Shown one piece after another: positions 32,001 to 40,784 of a DNA stretch of 44,548 nucleotides. This DNA comes from Thermoanaerobaculia bacterium (GTDB lineage Bacteria; Acidobacteriota; Thermoanaerobaculia; Multivoradales; JAGPDF01). Within the stretch, counting starts at the first letter, position 1; the number at the start of each line of letters is the position of its first letter. The stretch spans positions 1 to 44,548 of the forward strand of contig JBDTQT010000003.1 in NCBI GenBank assembly GCA_039932055.1. Reading direction: 5' to 3'. The translations under genes were made by a program, and so were the position numbers. Under the pieces are notes generated by a model, which had not been told where the DNA came from, ran no database searches, and worked only from the letters and a program-made list of their open reading frames with translations.

Positions 32001-32258
32001 TCGCACGCGTTCGAAGCGCTCGGGATGACACTCCGCGAGCAAGCGGTAGCGGTAGGCCCCCTCGAAGTTCAGCCGGTAGTGCGGAAAGCGGTCGAAGCGA
32101 TCCTCGTTCTCGTCCACCGTGCGCGGCAGGAACGCGGCCGCGGTATCCCTTGCCGTCCAGCGCCACTGCGTGTCGAGATGGGACAGGGCGACGACATAGA
32201 GTCGGGGCCGGAGTCCAGCGACAGAGGGCTGCGGGGGCGTGGTTTCCGGCGCGGGCAC
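29013..32258 (-). CDS. Glycoside hydrolase family 38 alpha-mannosidase
   Basis: Motifs SHLDTQWRW (Zn ligands), [18 protein letters not shown] (nucleophile Asp), [49 protein letters not shown] and NDCKYG. Confidence 0.92.
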   Translation of the reverse strand: MPAPETTPPQPSVAGLRPRLYVVALSHLDTQWRWTARDTAAAFLPRTVDENEDRFDRFPHYRLNFEGAYRYRLLAECHPERFERVRLRVAEGRWFPSGAAWEAFDTNLPAPESIVRQLLYGTRYLESAVGRAGRDLFLPDCFGFSQALPTLAVHCGIVGFSTQKLRRGAEMRSAFGVPFPFGLWVGPDGSTLPAVLDPGEYGAQASSDLGADPVWIERFRGLAAAGRPDVLMTYQGLGDKGGALPAAAIQWLERARAGSGALEVRLADSEEIFRDLDPETRALLPVYDGELLLRLHATGCYSSRAELKRRHRQAEQLAQASERAAAIAHALGVRPGDRERLREAWLRILAHEMHDDLTGTSLVAAYRYSANDLALSLNELRQELEEAVGAVAATLDTAASRTTGTPLVVFNALGWERTDLVEVELAEPALSSGSLAVFDAQGREVPSQWHREGWITRGCFTGHVPSLGFSLFELRCSLREPADRRSELSADGNFLENERLRVEVDTQGDIASIFDKLDGRELLAAPIGLEILDNVSERFPSWEIRWEDTSRPARTRIAGPVRTVAIERGAARVAITIERTAEGSRFVQTISLAAGAAGDHVIIENAIDWRTDGALLKMRFPLSTPAEQALFDQGVGVARRPVATAQLYEVPAHQWAALRAGPDASGAGAAIANDCKYGWDHPALDTLRLTLLHTPRIGRRFRYQAQQDFGHHEIRVAIAPIRAGESLAGTVRFAERLNQPLRPFLAPASPAPEPEAPTRPQGLSFLALDHEAVAVQALKLAEEGDELVLRLREIAGESRQVEVHTSLPVQNLRAIDGCERPLAAEAPGGVGARKAPVKGQTLVPLRSFGLAAVALKLDSPLPVLARHKTGTSALALPWNSFAATSRGERARGGGLDGRGHSIPRELLPAALVRAGVELDLSHARRPGKPSGLLCAGQRLSTPAGFCRLVLLVAAFPEALEVAFVVDGLAVARRVAGGFAQLGRFDELRRGFFGRPTGAVVDGFLRTEPLALAIPHRHDRRGRIEPCSPVQFFTVELAVSLAGSQVELPRSGRLVVLAAAVSDSISPAARSLTPGGLLGGSP

Positions 32259-32267
32259 GAGGGGGAG

Positions 32268-32313
32268 AGTCTATCGGCAGGAGGTCCCCGGACGCCGGCG
32301 GTCGGTCTATACT
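32268..32313. promoter_or_regulatory. Back-to-back divergent -10 boxes: TAGACT (minus, GH38, leaderless-like) and TATACT (plus, sseA)
   Basis: TAGACT (32268-32273, minus) lies 9 nt before the GTG at 32258. TATACT (32308-32313) precedes the SD AAGAAAGG and the ATG at 32337. Confidence 0.5.
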
Positions 32314-32336
32314 TCGTCACCTCAAGAAAGGTGTCC

Positions 32337-33200
32337 ATGAGCGATCCGGCAGCACGTGGCTACGCCCATCCGGAAGTCCTCGTTTCCACGGATTGGGTGG
32401 CGGAACATCAGGACGATCCATCCGTCCGCATCGTCGAATCGAACGAGGACCCGCTGGTATACCCCTCGGGGCACCTCGCCGGCGCGGTCGAGATCGATTG
32501 GGCTCTCGACCTGAACGACAGCCTGCGCCGCGACTACCTCGATCGCGCAGGTTTCGCGAAGCTGATGCGCCGCCACGGCATCGGCAACGACACCACGGTC
32601 GTCTTCTACGGCGACAAGAACAACTGGTGGGCCTGCTACGCCTTCTGGATCTTTCAGCTTTTCGGGCACACCCGGGCGAAGGTGATGGATGGCGGCAGCG
32701 TGAAGTGGGGGCAAGAGGGGCGCGCGCTCGTTCGCGAGGTGCCCTCGTGGCCGCCTTCGGCCTACGTCGCGCCGGAACGCGACGATTCGCGCATCCGCGC
32801 CTTCCGCGACGCGGTGCTCGCTCACGTTGCTGCCGGGCGGCCGCTGGTCGACGTCCGCAGCGCCGAGGAGTTCAGCGGCGAACGGCTGCATATGCCGGCA
32901 TACCCGAACGAAGGGGCATTGCGCGGCGGGCACATCCCGGGCGCCAGGAGCGTGCCCTGGGCACGCGCCATTGTGCCCGAGACCGGGGAGTTCCGGAGCG
33001 CCGGCGAGCTCGCGCAGATCTACTTCGAAGAGCAGCGCCTGCCGCGCCAGGAGGAGATCGTCGCCTACTGCCGGATCGGCGAACGCAGCAGCCACACCTG
33101 GTTCGTGCTCACCTATCTGCTGGGACATCCGAGGGTGCGCAACTACGACGGCAGCTGGACCGAGTGGGGCAACCTGGTGGGCGCGCCGATTGAGCGCTGA
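32337..33200 (+). CDS. sseA: Tandem-domain rhodanese/sulfurtransferase (SseA/CysA-type)
   Basis: Motifs [53 protein letters not shown] (catalytic Cys) and [10 protein letters not shown]. Confidence 0.93.
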   Translation: MSDPAARGYAHPEVLVSTDWVAEHQDDPSVRIVESNEDPLVYPSGHLAGAVEIDWALDLNDSLRRDYLDRAGFAKLMRRHGIGNDTTVVFYGDKNNWWACYAFWIFQLFGHTRAKVMDGGSVKWGQEGRALVREVPSWPPSAYVAPERDDSRIRAFRDAVLAHVAAGRPLVDVRSAEEFSGERLHMPAYPNEGALRGGHIPGARSVPWARAIVPETGEFRSAGELAQIYFEEQRLPRQEEIVAYCRIGERSSHTWFVLTYLLGHPRVRNYDGSWTEWGNLVGAPIER

Positions 33201-33672
33201 CGCCGGAGTGCCGCCGGAGATCGCCGCGCTCCCCGAGCTCGGCGACCTGGTCTCCACACTTTCCGGGATGGACCGGGCGGCGCGCATCGAATCGCTGATC
33301 GCGCTGGCCGAGGGTTATCGCGAAGTACCCGGCCGACTCGCACGGCGCCCGTTTCCCGAGGCGAACCGGGTCCCGGCCTGCGAATCACAGGCCTACGTCT
33401 TCGCCGAAGCGCGCCCGGACGGCAGGCTCGACTTTTACTTCGCGGTCGAGAATCCGCAGGGCATCTCGGCCAAGGCGCTGGCGGCGATCCTCGGCCGCAC
33501 GCTCTCCGGGGCGCCGCTCGAGGCGATAACGCGCCTCCCGCTGGAAGTGGTTGAGTGGCTCTTCGGTCGCGAGCTCTCGCTGGGCAAGTCGATGGGTCTC
33601 ACCGGCATGCTGCTCGCCGTGCAGCGCGAGGCGCGCACGCAGCAGACGCGGACGGAGACGGTGCCGGCATGA
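33190..33672 (+). CDS. sufE: SufE family sulfur-acceptor protein
   Basis: Motifs [18 protein letters not shown] (acceptor Cys), [20 protein letters not shown] and LSLGKSMGL. The TTG start overlaps the sseA 3' end. Confidence 0.85.
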   Translation: MSADAGVPPEIAALPELGDLVSTLSGMDRAARIESLIALAEGYREVPGRLARRPFPEANRVPACESQAYVFAEARPDGRLDFYFAVENPQGISAKALAAILGRTLSGAPLEAITRLPLEVVEWLFGRELSLGKSMGLTGMLLAVQREARTQQTRTETVPA

Positions 33673-33709
33673 TGGACGCTCTGGCTGGGTATCTTCCAAG
33701 GAGAAACCG

Positions 33710-35041
33710 ATGAAGCGATGGCTCTGGCTGTGCGCGAGTTTGTCGGGTCTGGCGAGCGGCCTCTTCCTGCCGGCTCGCGGGGTGGCCGCAGAGCCCCAGG
33801 GGGCAGCGAGCGCTCTCGCTCAGGCCAGGGGCGCGCTCGACCGTGGCGATCTCGACGCGGCGCGTCCCGGACTCGCGACGGCCGCGGCGGAAGCGCTCTT
33901 CGAGTTGGCTCTCGCCGAGCGCGGAGAGTCCCGGACCGCCGACCTCGGTCGCGCTGGAGCGCTCGCTCCGGAGGGTCACTGGATCCGGGCGGCGGCGGCC
34001 GGTCTGGCGCTGCTCGACCAGGAAAAGACGCCGGAGGCGGTCGCCAGGCTGCGCGAGGCAGTGGCCGCGAAGAGTGCCGACAAGCGGCTGCACAAATTTC
34101 TGGGCGACGCTCTGCGCGCCCAGAATGACCCGGCCGGCGCCCTGGTGGAGTACAACGCGGCGGTCGCCCTCGATCAGGCTTACACCGCCGTGCTGCTCAC
34201 GGTGGGTGACCTCAAGCGCGCCGCCGGTGACTTCACCGCCGCCTACAACGCCTTCAACCATGCCGTCGATGAGCAGGGCCGGCCGGTCGCGGCGCTCATT
34301 GGACGTGCTGGAGCTCGCCTGTTCATGGGCGACAAGGACGGCGCCTTCGCCGACCTGGCGAAGGCGGTCGATGCCTCGGTCCCCGGCAACGACCGCTATC
34401 GCGCCCTGATGTCGATCCTGTACGCACAGACCTACCTGCGGCAGCTGCCGCAGGGCCTCGACAGCGCCGAGCAGGCGGTGGTGATGTGGCAGGGAATGGG
34501 TCGTCCGGACATGGCAGCAGCGGCCTGCAACGCCGCCGGGCGGGTTCTGCTCGAAACCGGCAGCAGCGGCCCGGCGCTCGAGTGGTACGACCGCGGCTGG
34601 GCGATCATCCAGGGCTCGACGATGAAGGTAGAGGAGCGCCCGATCTGGCACGTTCGCCAGTTGCACGGTGCAGCGCGGGTGGCGGCGCAACGGCGCGAGG
34701 TCCGCAAGGCCCAGGGGCTCGCCGACGAGGCGAAGGCCCTGATGGACTCCGACCCGGCCAATGCCGAGCACTACAAGTGGATCTATCCCTATCTTGTCGG
34801 CTACCTCCGCTACCAGGACAAGGACTACGCCGAGGCCATCGCGCAACTTTCGCAGTCGGAGACCGATCGCGCTTATATCCAGTATCTGATTGCCGACTCC
34901 TACGCCCGGGAAAGGGACCGCGAGAACGCCCGCATTTGGTACACCAAGGCACTCGCCAGCGCTTCGGGTCTCGACTCCGAGTCGGTCATCGTGCGGCCGC
35001 TGGCGTCGGCCTGGCTGGCGAAGAACCCCGCCGGCTCCTGA
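33710..35041 (+). CDS. Secreted tetratricopeptide-repeat protein
   Basis: SD AAGGAG, signal peptide MKRWLWLCASLSGLASGLFLPARGVAA, and TPR-like helices (LHKFLGDALRAQ, VGDLKRAAGDFTAAY, YLIADSYAR). Confidence 0.82.
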   Translation: MKRWLWLCASLSGLASGLFLPARGVAAEPQGAASALAQARGALDRGDLDAARPGLATAAAEALFELALAERGESRTADLGRAGALAPEGHWIRAAAAGLALLDQEKTPEAVARLREAVAAKSADKRLHKFLGDALRAQNDPAGALVEYNAAVALDQAYTAVLLTVGDLKRAAGDFTAAYNAFNHAVDEQGRPVAALIGRAGARLFMGDKDGAFADLAKAVDASVPGNDRYRALMSILYAQTYLRQLPQGLDSAEQAVVMWQGMGRPDMAAAACNAAGRVLLETGSSGPALEWYDRGWAIIQGSTMKVEERPIWHVRQLHGAARVAAQRREVRKAQGLADEAKALMDSDPANAEHYKWIYPYLVGYLRYQDKDYAEAIAQLSQSETDRAYIQYLIADSYARERDRENARIWYTKALASASGLDSESVIVRPLASAWLAKNPAGS

Positions 35042-35058
35042 AGCCGCCCGAGGATCGC

Positions 35059-36798
35059 TTGCCGTCGACGCGCGGGACCGGAAGGTCGGGGGGAACGCTA
35101 TCCGTCGCCATCGGCATTTTTTGTAGCCGGTTGGCCGGCCTGCTTCGGACGAGCGCCCTGGGGGCTTTCTTCGGCGTCGGGCCGCACGCCGACGTCTTCA
35201 GCGCGGCGCTGCGCCTGCCCAACCTGCTGCAGAACCTGCTGGGCGAGCAGACTCTCTCGGCGGCATTCATCCCGGTCTATTCGCGGCTGCTGGCCGCCGG
35301 CAAGCGCGACGAGGCCGGACGTCTCGCGGGCGCGGTCTTCTCGCTTCTGGTCGCCGCCGCCGGGGGGGCGGCGGCGCTCGGCGTGCTCTTCGCCCGGCCG
35401 ATCGTGGGTCTTCTCGCCGCCGGCTTCCTGCGCGACCGCGAGCTCATCGCGCTCGGGCAGGCCAGCGTCGATCGCTATGAGCTGGCGGTGGCCGCGGTAC
35501 GCTGGATCTTCCCGATGACAGCGACGCTGGTGCTCTCGGCCTGGGCGCTGGGCGTGCGCAACAGCCACGGCAAGTTCTTTCTGTCGTACTTCTCGCCGGT
35601 GTTCTGGAACGCCGCGATCGTCGGGGCGGTCGCCTGGGCGGCCTACCGCGGGGATGCCGCTGCCGCGATCGCCGGCCAGGGTGGAGCGATGGGTGCCGGC
35701 AGCACCGTTGGAACGATCGGAACGATTGGAGCGATTGGAGCCGCGGACCGGATGCTCGAGGCGGCCTGTATGGGAGCCCTCGTCGGCGGCATCCTGCAAT
35801 TTCTGGTTCAACTTCCTGGATTGCGGCGGGACCTCGTGGGGTTCCGGCTGTCCTTCGACCTCTCCTTCCGGCCGCTGCGAGAGGTCCTCGCTGCCTTCGG
35901 TCCGACCCTGGCGGGCCGAGGTGTCGTCCAGCTCTCATCGTACCTGGATCAGTTGCTCGCCTCGCTGCTCGCTGCCGGTGCGGTCGCCGCTCTCTTCTAC
36001 GCCCAGACGCTCTATCTGCTGCCGGTGAGCCTCTTCGGCATGTCGGTGGCGGCGGCGGCGCTGCCCCGCCTGGCGAGGAGCGGCGGCGCCGGCTCCGAAG
36101 CCGAGTTGGCAGCGGGGACGGCGCAGGCTCTCGAGACCGCGGCGTTTTTGAACCTTCCGAGCTTTGTGGCGTATCTTTTGCTGGGTCTGCCACTCGTGGA
36201 GGGAATTTTCCAGTTGTTTGGAAAGGGATTCGGTGCCGCTGAGAGCCGTCTGGTCTACCTCGTGCTCGCTGCCTATTCAGCGGGCCTGCCCGCATCGACT
36301 TCGTCGCGGGTGCTGCAGGCGGGCTTCTACGCTCGCGGCGACACCCGCACTCCGGCCCGGATCGCAGTGCTGAGAGTGGCGACGAGCCTGGCGGTTGGCT
36401 TACCGGCGATGATTTGGCTCGACCAACTGCGCCTCGGCGACCTCGCGCTCCTGGGCTCTCCCGGTAGCGCCCTCCGGCTCGGCGCAGTCGGTCTCGGCCT
36501 GGCCGCCACCCTGGCCGCCTGGGTAGAGCTCGGGGCGCTCCGCCGGGCGGCGCGGCGGCAACTGCCGAGCCTCGTCTGGCCGTCGCCCGCCTTCCTGCGC
36601 TTCACCCTTTACGCCCTCGGTGCCGCCCTGCCCGCGGCCGCCGCCGCCGTCGCGACGGCGGGCTGGGGGGCGCATCCGACGCTGCGCGCAGCGGTCGTCT
36701 TCGCGCTCTTCGGCACCGGCTATCTGGCGCTTGCCACCGCCTTCGGCGAGGAGTCGGCGCAGGCCTGGGCGCGACGCCTGCGGCGAGGGAAGAGATGA
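35059..36798 (+). CDS. murJ: Lipid II flippase MurJ (MviN)
   Basis: Motifs SRLAGLLR, ADVFSAALRLPNLLQNLLGEQTLSAAFIPVY, PVFWN, LQFLVQLP, LYLLPVSLFG and FYARGDTRTP. Start is TTG 35059 (GAGG upstream) or CTG 35038 overlapping the upstream stop. Confidence 0.93.
   Translation: MPSTRGTGRSGGTLSVAIGIFCSRLAGLLRTSALGAFFGVGPHADVFSAALRLPNLLQNLLGEQTLSAAFIPVYSRLLAAGKRDEAGRLAGAVFSLLVAAAGGAAALGVLFARPIVGLLAAGFLRDRELIALGQASVDRYELAVAAVRWIFPMTATLVLSAWALGVRNSHGKFFLSYFSPVFWNAAIVGAVAWAAYRGDAAAAIAGQGGAMGAGSTVGTIGTIGAIGAADRMLEAACMGALVGGILQFLVQLPGLRRDLVGFRLSFDLSFRPLREVLAAFGPTLAGRGVVQLSSYLDQLLASLLAAGAVAALFYAQTLYLLPVSLFGMSVAAAALPRLARSGGAGSEAELAAGTAQALETAAFLNLPSFVAYLLLGLPLVEGIFQLFGKGFGAAESRLVYLVLAAYSAGLPASTSSRVLQAGFYARGDTRTPARIAVLRVATSLAVGLPAMIWLDQLRLGDLALLGSPGSALRLGAVGLGLAATLAAWVELGALRRAARRQLPSLVWPSPAFLRFTLYALGAALPAAAAAVATAGWGAHPTLRAAVVFALFGTGYLALATAFGEESAQAWARRLRRGKR
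35707..35742. repeat. Four degenerate 9-bp repeats in murJ encoding VGT-IGT-IGA-IGA
   Basis: GTTGGAACG ATCGGAACG ATTGGAGCG ATTGGAGCC, read directly. Confidence 0.75.
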
Positions 36799-37907
36799 CG
36801 CGCTGCAGTCTCCGCCTGGCGGCGATCGTGCTTTGCGTCCTGAGCGCCGGCTGCGCGACGCAACGGCTCGGGGTGAGGATGCAGCACGAGTTGCAGGACC
36901 AGATCCACGAGCGCGGCATCGACCCTGCCAGGGTAGTCATCCCGTTTTCCGCTACCGACGAGATGCGCGCCTGGCTGGCGAAAGAGGTCCCGACCTCGAC
37001 GCGCGGCGATATACAGCTCAACTGGCTCCTCCAGTCTTTGCTCAACCGCTCCACCTCGCCGCTCACCTACCTCGCCGGGCACACCGGGACGGCGGCCGAG
37101 GTGTTCGCGAGCGGAACGGCGAACTGCCTCGGTTTCTCCCAGCTGTTCGTCGCTCTGGCGCGGGAGCTCGACCTGCCGGTCTACCTCCTGCGGGTCTCCG
37201 ATCTCCAGAGCTTCGAGCGCGAAGGCGACCTGATCGTCGCTTCGGCCCACATCACGGCAGCCTTCGGCACTCCGGACCGGCGGCGGATTCTCGACTTCGC
37301 CCAGCGACCGGTGCGGGCCTACCGCTGGGTCGAGGAGATCTCCGATCTCACGGCTGTCGCGCTCTACTACTCGAATCGCGGCGCCGAGGAGCTGCGCGAT
37401 GGCGACACCGAAGCCGGGCTGGGGCTCCTGCGCACTTCGGTGCAGCTCGACCCCGAGCTGGCGGAGGCATGGATCAACCTGGGCGTCGCCGAACGCCGCA
37501 CCGGCGATCTGGCGGCCGCCGAGAGCTCCTATCGCAAGGCGCTCGAAGTGGATCCTTCGATGGTGACGGCGTACCAGAACCTCTCGGCCCTCCTGCGCAT
37601 GGTCGGGCGGGAGCAGGAGGCGGAAGACCTGCTGGCGCTCGTCGACCGCTCGGGGAACCGGAATCCGTTCAGCTACATCGCCCTGGGCGATCTCTCCCTG
37701 CGCCTCGGGCGCGTGGAAGAGGCCGGCCGGTTCTACCGCCGAGCGGTAAGGCTGGATCCGACCCAGGCGGAGAGCGAAGCGGCGCTCGGGCACTGGGCGC
37801 TTGCCGCGGGCAAGACGCGCGAAGCGCAGAAGCATCTGCGCAAGGCACAGCAGATCGACCCGAAGAACTCCCGGGTCGACGACCTCGCCAAGCGGCTGCA
37901 GGGCTGA
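36795..37907 (+). CDS. Lipoprotein with transglutaminase-like (Cys-His-Asp) domain and C-terminal TPRs
   Basis: Lipobox LSAGC. TAAEVFASGTANCLGFSQLFVALARELDL (TGase-like Cys helix), AHI and LDF, then TPRs (YYSNRGA, AWINLGVA, AYQNLS). ATGA overlap with murJ. Confidence 0.8.
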   Translation: MTRCSLRLAAIVLCVLSAGCATQRLGVRMQHELQDQIHERGIDPARVVIPFSATDEMRAWLAKEVPTSTRGDIQLNWLLQSLLNRSTSPLTYLAGHTGTAAEVFASGTANCLGFSQLFVALARELDLPVYLLRVSDLQSFEREGDLIVASAHITAAFGTPDRRRILDFAQRPVRAYRWVEEISDLTAVALYYSNRGAEELRDGDTEAGLGLLRTSVQLDPELAEAWINLGVAERRTGDLAAAESSYRKALEVDPSMVTAYQNLSALLRMVGREQEAEDLLALVDRSGNRNPFSYIALGDLSLRLGRVEEAGRFYRRAVRLDPTQAESEAALGHWALAAGKTREAQKHLRKAQQIDPKNSRVDDLAKRLQG

Positions 37908-37911
37908 AGCC

Positions 37912-38379
37912 TCAGGTCCTCCGCCGCCACTGGCGCAGCACTTCGTAGACCGCAATCCCGACGCAGGTCGAAAGGTTCAGCGACCGTACCTCACGGTCGG
38001 CGATCGGCAGGCGAACCAGGCGGTCGCGATAGCGCTCGCGCAGCTCGCCGGGGAGTCCGCGGCTCTCGCCGCCGAAGACCAGAGTAACCGGCGAGGGGTA
38101 TTCGACGTCCCAATAGTCGAGGTCCGCATCGGCGGAGAAGAAGTACGGTGCGCCAAGAGCGGGGAGCGCGCTCTCGAAGTGCGTCCAGCCGTCCCAGCGC
38201 TGGACTGCGACGCGCTCCCAGTAGTCGAGACCGGCCCGGCGGACCTCGCGCCCGGCCAGCGAGAAGCCGAGCGGGTCGACGAGATGGAGTTGCGCGCCGA
38301 CGGCGAGGCAGGTGCGGCCGGCGTTGCCGGTGTTCCAGTGAATTTCGGGCGCGACGAGAGCCACGTGCAGGCGGGGCAT
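37912..38379 (-). CDS. trmL: tRNA (cytidine/uridine-34 2'-O)-methyltransferase (SPOUT)
   Basis: Motifs LVAPEIHWNTGNAGRTC, PLGF, RRAGLDYW, LVFGGESRGLP and RSLNLS. SD GGAGG precedes the ATG at 38379. Confidence 0.94.
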   Translation of the reverse strand: MPRLHVALVAPEIHWNTGNAGRTCLAVGAQLHLVDPLGFSLAGREVRRAGLDYWERVAVQRWDGWTHFESALPALGAPYFFSADADLDYWDVEYPSPVTLVFGGESRGLPGELRERYRDRLVRLPIADREVRSLNLSTCVGIAVYEVLRQWRRRT

Positions 38380-38438
38380 GAAACCTCCGTTCCCGGCGGT
38401 CGTAGTGAGCAGCAGGCGGATCTTACGAGGAGATGACA

Positions 38439-39542
38439 ATGGGCAAGCCGATGAAATTCGTGGTCGGATCGCTGGCGGTGGGAATCGCGGCGGTCGGCCT
38501 CTTTCTCTACAGCCGCAACGCCTCCGCCAAGCAGGAGGGACTGAAGTCGGTCGACATCACGCGCGGCGCCATCATCGACAAGGCGCTCGCGGTCGGGCAG
38601 ATCGTTCCTGACCAGGAGATCCAGGTCAAGTCGCAGATCTCCGGCATCATCGACGAGTGCTTCGTCGAGGTTGGCGATCGCGTCGAGATCGGCCAGCCGC
38701 TGTTCTCGGTGAGCCCGGATCCGACCCCGCTCGAGCTCGCCGACGCCGAGCGCCGGGTGCAGCTCACCCAGGTGTCCTATGACCGCGCGCAGCAGGATCT
38801 CGAGCGCACCAAGTCGCTGTGGAGCGGCGGCATTCTGGCGCGCGACGCCTTCGACGCGCGGCAAAAAGACTTCGAGCAGGCCCGCATCACCCTCGAACAG
38901 GAGAAGGACAAGCTGGCGCTCCTCAAAGAGGGTCGGATCGTGCGCAAGGTCAACGGCGTCGACTCGGTGATCCGGGCCTCTGCCGCCGGTACGGTGCTCG
39001 AGCGCAAGGTGAACCCGGGTGACCCGGTCGTGCCGCTGACCTCCTTCCAGGAGGGCACCGTACTGATGACCCTCGCCGACATGCGGACCCTCGAGTTCAA
39101 GGGCACCGTGGACGAAATCGACGTCGGCAAACTGCATGAAGGGATGGAGGTTCGCATTCAGATCGGCGCCCTGCCCGGGAGCTCGGTTCCCGCGAAGCTG
39201 ACCCGCATCGCCCCCAAGGCTCGCGAGAAGGAGGGCGCGACGATCTTCGACGTCGAGGCTGAGATCGACACGACGAAGTCGACCGTGACCTTGCGCGCGG
39301 GTTACTCGGCGAACGCCGACGTCATCATCCAGGAGAAGCAGGGCGTGCTGCTGGTGCCCGAGCGCCTGGTGACGATGGACAAGGACAAGGCCTCGGTCGA
39401 GATCCCAGGCGCTCGGCCCGACGACGAGCCGATAAAGAAGGAGATCCAGGTCGGCCTTTCGGACGGCCTGAACCTCGAAGTCATTGCCGGCCTGGCCGAG
39501 GGCGACAAGGTCGTCCAGCGGCCGGCCAAGGAAGTCGAGTAG
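38439..39542 (+). CDS. Periplasmic adaptor (MacA/HlyD-like membrane fusion protein)
   Basis: N-terminal TM, VKSQISGII...VEVGDRVEIGQPL lipoyl half, coiled-coil hairpin, VDEIDVGKL and GLAEGDKV. GAGGAG SD; ATG 38433 is an alternative start. Confidence 0.93.
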   Translation: MGKPMKFVVGSLAVGIAAVGLFLYSRNASAKQEGLKSVDITRGAIIDKALAVGQIVPDQEIQVKSQISGIIDECFVEVGDRVEIGQPLFSVSPDPTPLELADAERRVQLTQVSYDRAQQDLERTKSLWSGGILARDAFDARQKDFEQARITLEQEKDKLALLKEGRIVRKVNGVDSVIRASAAGTVLERKVNPGDPVVPLTSFQEGTVLMTLADMRTLEFKGTVDEIDVGKLHEGMEVRIQIGALPGSSVPAKLTRIAPKAREKEGATIFDVEAEIDTTKSTVTLRAGYSANADVIIQEKQGVLLVPERLVTMDKDKASVEIPGARPDDEPIKKEIQVGLSDGLNLEVIAGLAEGDKVVQRPAKEVE

Positions 39543-39546
39543 CACG

Positions 39547-40782
39547 ATGTACCTGCGCAACTATCTGCGGCAGTTCCTGCGGGACGTCCGCGCGCAGAAG
39601 CTGCGGCTCTTTCTGACCGTCTTCGGCCTCATCTGGGGCACGGCGGCGGTGACTCTGATGCTGGCTTTCGGCGAGGGACTGCATCACCAGGTACTGGTGG
39701 CGCAGAAGGGGCTCGGCGACGCCATCGTGATCGCCTGGCCTTCGCGTACCAGCAAGCCGTGGCAGGGTCTACCGCGCGGCCGGCGGATTCAGCTTACCGA
39801 CGAAGACGTGATCCTGCTGCGCAACGAGGTCGACGGGATCCGCAACATCAGCGAGGAGTATTCGCAGGACGGTGCGCGGATCACCTACGGCAAGAAGGCA
39901 CTCTCGGTCGACGTCTCGGGCTCGAACGTCGAGTTCGGCGCGATGCGATCGATGAACCCGCAGGCGGGCGGGCGCTTCCTGAATCAGCTCGATCTCGACG
40001 AGCGCCGTCGGGTCGTCTTCATCGGCGATCAGTTGGCGGTCGACCTGTTCGGCGCCGGTGTCGACCCCGTCGGCGAACAGGTACGCATCGACGGCTCGCC
40101 GTTCACGGTCGTCGGCGTCATGGTGAAGAAGGAGCAGGACTCCTCCTACAGCGGACGCGACAAGGACAAGGCGATGATTCCGTCGACCACTTTTCGCGCC
40201 GTCTACGGCTCGAAGTACATCGAGAATCTCATCTTCCAGGCAAAGGACGTGCAGAAGATCGAGAGCGTCAAGAAGGCGGTCATCGCCACTGCTGCGCACA
40301 AGTACCGCTTCGACCCGAGTGACGACGAGGCGATCCAGATGTGGGACACCACGGAGGGGACGAAGTTCCTCGATACCTTTTTTCTCGCCTTCCGCGGTTT
40401 CCTCGGCATTGTCGGCGCCCTGACGCTCGTCGTCGGCGGCATCGGCGTGAGCAACATCATGAACGTCGTGGTCGAGGAGCGCACCAAAGAGATCGGGATC
40501 AAGATGGCGCTCGGTGCCAAGCGGCGCTACGTCGTCGGCCAGTTTCTCTTCGAGACGCTGCTCATCACCGTCGTCGGCGGGATCTGCGGCTTCATCATCT
40601 CCTGGAGCGTCTGCGCGGCCTTTCCGAGCCTCGGTTTCGAGGAGTTCGTCGGCACGCCGCGGATCTCCTTCCAGGTGGCCGCCATCACCACCGCGATCCT
40701 GGGGGCCATCGGCCTGCTGGCGGGCTACTTTCCCGCGCGCACAGCCGCCAATCTCCGGCCGGTAGAAGCTTTGAGGATGTAG
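39547..40782 (+). CDS. ABC transporter permease, MacB/FtsX family
   Basis: Motifs KLRLFLTVFGLIWG, GGRFLN..D, VGGIGVSNIM..V.ERTKEIGIKMALGA and PARTAANLRPVEALR. Confidence 0.94.
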   Translation: MYLRNYLRQFLRDVRAQKLRLFLTVFGLIWGTAAVTLMLAFGEGLHHQVLVAQKGLGDAIVIAWPSRTSKPWQGLPRGRRIQLTDEDVILLRNEVDGIRNISEEYSQDGARITYGKKALSVDVSGSNVEFGAMRSMNPQAGGRFLNQLDLDERRRVVFIGDQLAVDLFGAGVDPVGEQVRIDGSPFTVVGVMVKKEQDSSYSGRDKDKAMIPSTTFRAVYGSKYIENLIFQAKDVQKIESVKKAVIATAAHKYRFDPSDDEAIQMWDTTEGTKFLDTFFLAFRGFLGIVGALTLVVGGIGVSNIMNVVVEERTKEIGIKMALGAKRRYVVGQFLFETLLITVVGGICGFIISWSVCAAFPSLGFEEFVGTPRISFQVAAITTAILGAIGLLAGYFPARTAANLRPVEALRM

Positions 40783-40784
40783 CC

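Noticed and set aside
30870-36798. Extended 776-aa sseA and 770-aa murJ ORFs (also the 802-aa ABC ORF at 15767)
   Set aside because: The extensions overlap neighbouring real genes and have shadow-ORF composition. Family motifs start at the re-called starts.
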